A stretch of 63,942 bases of DNA, filler included, from Limisphaerales bacterium (GTDB taxonomy: Bacteria > Verrucomicrobiota > Verrucomicrobiia > Limisphaerales > SIBE01): the NCBI GenBank assembly GCA_044225505.1. It is 3 parts of 3 records of this genome, joined end to end, with 100 filler letters (N's around TTAATTAATTAA, not from the genome) between each part and the next. Parts side by side here need not be neighbours in the genome. Positions count along the whole stretch, not along the records: positions 52,691 to 63,942 come from JBGAIN010000217.1; 2 more parts are not named here. One strand, written 5' to 3'. Made by a program: the position numbers and the translations under genes. Positions 61,803 through 63,942 of the stretch are shown here, one piece after another. The notes beneath the pieces were generated by a model that did not search any database, was not told where the DNA came from, and saw only the letters and a list, made by a program, of their open reading frames with translations. Every line of letters starts with the position of its first letter. The first letter of the stretch is position 1.

Positions 61803-63313
61803 ACGGCGAATCCGGCCGCGGTGGAGCGAGTGTATCCACCGAGCGTCGTGGGGCGTGGTTGGAATACGGCGCGGTAGATATTAATCTGTTGCACGCGCCG
61901 ACTCGGCGCTGACGGCGAAAGGACGCCTGGCGTTGGGGGACGGTTTGCCAGTGGGCTGGCCACTCGCCGCGGGACGGAGGCGAAGGCCGATGGCGTCCTT
62001 CCTTGAACCAAAAGCCCTGACACATGAGTGTCGACCTGGGCGAGGGCGTCTTGCTGGCGGGGAGTCGATGGCGCCACGTCCAACGGACGACGGAGTAAGT
62101 CTTTCGAATGCGGCAGCGGGTCGGACGGGCGCAACGTCACCCCATGGGTCGCGGTGCGACTTGGGCTCGGGCGCTGGGCTGCTTCCGGGCGGACTGGGGG
62201 AGGGGTCGCCTCGGAAGGGAGCCTCGCTACAGCAACCTTTTGGCTTCGGTGCATCTCTCCCGAATTCGGCGAGGAGGGGTTCGTTTGGAGTCCCGGGAGC
62301 AGAACCGCGGCGACCAGCAGCACGGCGCAACCGCCAAACGCCGGAACCCGGTCATACCGTTTCAGGGTGAGATCGCTCAAGCGAGCCATTCGGCGGGCGA
62401 GAGGATGTCTTGAGCTCGTGAAGCCGATGGCGGTGTCCAAGGGGGCGACTTGGCAAAGTTGGGTTGCCGTTCGCATGAGGACATCGCAGTAGGCATCGTT
62501 GGAGACGACTTGGCGCGCGAGCACGAGATCGTCGCAGCAGTCTTCCCGGACGCTGCGCAAACTTCGATTCAGAAGCCAAATCACCGGATGAAACCACCAC
62601 ACCGCGACAAGCAATAGTTGCACGCCGTTCAACCAGGGATCTCCACGTGCGCAATGGGCGAGCTCGTGCGCCAGCACGGCGCGCAATTCCGACCAGGATA
62701 ACGTGCGAACGATCTTGGCGGGCACAGCGATCGCCGGTTTCGCCATCCCGAATGCCATCGGTGCATCGACCGTTTCTGAAACGGCCAACGGCGGGATGCG
62801 GTAGACGCCCAATTGTATCGCTAAGTCGCGGTAATGAGCCCCCAGACGTTTACCCAGTCGAGACCGGGAGACCCGTCGAACGTTGCGCAATCGCGATGCC
62901 TGGGCGGCGATGAGGCCGAGCACAGCGATCGTGCCCAAACCATGCAAGCCCATCAACCAGAGCGGTGAAGACGACAGGCCCCCGGGCTCAAGAGTCAGGT
63001 TTGAGCCCTGTCCTCGAACCCCTGGGGCCTGTGCTGGTTTCCCCTCGAGCGAGGCGGGTAAGATGAGAGCCGGGGCCGTTAGTCTGCTAAACAGACCCGT
63101 CGGCACCGAAAGCCACGGTGGACAAGCAAATTTGAGAAGGCCAACGACCAAAAGAGAGTACCTGAGCGGGGCGGGCCAGCGGCGGCCAGGCCCATGCACC
63201 ACCAAAAGCAGGACAACCCCGACCGCCGTCGCCTGCCAGCTGGCTGCCAGAATGTAAGTCCACCAAGCGGACGCTGCCGGATTTAGCCATTCAAGCACCC
63301 GTTCCATGGCCAC
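61787..63313 (-). CDS. M56 family (BlaR1/MecR1-like) membrane metallopeptidase with Pro-rich C-terminal tail
   Basis: TM helices, PMAFG..P.I.VP, LAHELAH, WWFHP, REDCCD; no penicillin-binding domain. Confidence 0.92.
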   Translation of the reverse strand: MAMERVLEWLNPAASAWWTYILAASWQATAVGVVLLLVVHGPGRRWPAPLRYSLLVVGLLKFACPPWLSVPTGLFSRLTAPALILPASLEGKPAQAPGVRGQGSNLTLEPGGLSSSPLWLMGLHGLGTIAVLGLIAAQASRLRNVRRVSRSRLGKRLGAHYRDLAIQLGVYRIPPLAVSETVDAPMAFGMAKPAIAVPAKIVRTLSWSELRAVLAHELAHCARGDPWLNGVQLLLVAVWWFHPVIWLLNRSLRSVREDCCDDLVLARQVVSNDAYCDVLMRTATQLCQVAPLDTAIGFTSSRHPLARRMARLSDLTLKRYDRVPAFGGCAVLLVAAVLLPGLQTNPSSPNSGEMHRSQKVAVARLPSEATPPPVRPEAAQRPSPSRTATHGVTLRPSDPLPHSKDLLRRPLDVAPSTPRQQDALAQVDTHVSGLLVQGRTPSAFASVPRRVASPLANRPPTPGVLSPSAPSRRVQQINIYRAVFQPRPTTLGGYTRSTAAGFAVQPGN

Positions 63314-63713
63314 CCACCTTCTTGTCCGTGCGCCGTGTGCGCAGCTCCGTCAAGAGTTGCTCCAGGCGCTGGAGTTCATCGGGCGTGGGTGGCTTGCTTT
63401 GGAACAACGACGCCACCAAGGCCACCCCGTCCCCATGGAAGACCCGTTGCAGTAAGCGCTTCAACACATTACGACCGGTTTTGCGAGATCGTTCGGTGGG
63501 CAGGTAAACGAAAGCTTTGCCGACCGGGCCCTTCTCGCGGCTGACCAACCCCTTGGCTTCCAGCCGCGTAAGCAAGGTGAGGACGGAGGCATGGCCCATC
63601 GGCCGGTAAGCTTCCATGCTTTCCCGAATCTCGCGGGCAGTCGCTTTCTCTTGCCGCTGCAAGCAAGCGAGCACTTCGAGCTCGGCATCCGGCAGTTCAG
63701 AATCGGTTCCCAT
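63291..63713 (-). CDS. BlaI/MecI/CopY family transcriptional repressor
   Basis: LPDAELEVL, VLTLLTRLEAKGLV, AFVYLP, VFHGD..LVASL; overlaps the M56 start. Confidence 0.93.
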   Translation of the reverse strand: MGTDSELPDAELEVLACLQRQEKATAREIRESMEAYRPMGHASVLTLLTRLEAKGLVSREKGPVGKAFVYLPTERSRKTGRNVLKRLLQRVFHGDGVALVASLFQSKPPTPDELQRLEQLLTELRTRRTDKKVGGHGTGA

Positions 63714-63725
63714 GGGGCAGTTGAG

Positions 63726-63762
63726 TGTTACAGCAACATATAGACGGGTGTCGTTTTGTCAA
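63726..63762 (-). promoter_or_regulatory. Sigma70 promoter and overlapping operator for the BlaI/M56 operon
   Basis: TTGACA (63762-63757), 16 nt, TATGTT (63740-63735); imperfect palindrome TGTTGCTGTAACA (63738-63726). Confidence 0.6.
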
Positions 63763-63789
63763 GCGCTTTCGATGGTCCGGGCGGAGGTT

Positions 63790-63942
63790 TCAAGGGTAAA
63801 GACCTATCTCGCGGAGTTGTTCAATAACCACCGTCGTCCTCTTGGGGAAGTACTCCTGCAACAGACGGCGGATCTCGGGACGCCAATGCTCGTCCGGTGT
63901 GTAGCGCTCGAACGGGCCCGTTTTGTAGGGATGCACCTTGTG
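63790..63942 (-). CDS. C-terminal fragment of a gene entering from the window edge, probably CotH-family
   Basis: Manual translation HKVHPYKTGPFERYTPDEHWRPEIRRLLQEYFPKRTTVVIEQLREIGLYP*, resembling the helical C-terminus (W..E..RL...YFP.R....QL...GLYP) of CotH-type proteins. Confidence 0.6.
   Translation of the reverse strand, partial: HKVHPYKTGPFERYTPDEHWRPEIRRLLQEYFPKRTTVVIEQLREIGLYP

Overview
This window is three contig pieces (1-26260, 26361-52590, 52691-63942) joined by artificial N44-TTAATTAATTAA-N44 linkers, so gene order across the linkers is not meaningful. The gene content suggests a Verrucomicrobiota (Pedosphaera/Limisphaerales-like) genome; this is an inference from ECF plus Ser/Thr kinase-WD40, LTD/CotH, prepilin H-X9-DG, DUF4838, ASPIC/UnbV and Tat-exported Gfo/Idh/MocA genes. 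It contains the edge of an element integrated at tRNA-Lys(CTT), a beta-lactamase-family hydrolase, an ECF/kinase/secreted-esterase module, two nested MITEs, CotH kinases, a sugar ABC transporter, carbohydrate-active genes, an orphan FlgG-like gene, a >3700 aa surface protein, proteases and a BlaI/M56 pair. The best leads are: (1) a shared ~60 aa 'LxW..LQ..W..FYR(V/L)' domain on four unrelated secreted proteins, a candidate sorting signal; (2) a GTAAC-N21-TAG promoter motif repeated before the kinase and the esterase next to the ECF sigma factor; (3) a MITE inside a MITE, each with TIRs and a target duplication; (4) an 8-site, 11-bp-phased palindromic operator array; (5) an FlgG homolog with a lipoprotein-like signal behind a sigma-54-type promoter; (6) a protein with nested domain insertions. 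All family assignments come from motif recognition by eye, not from database searches.
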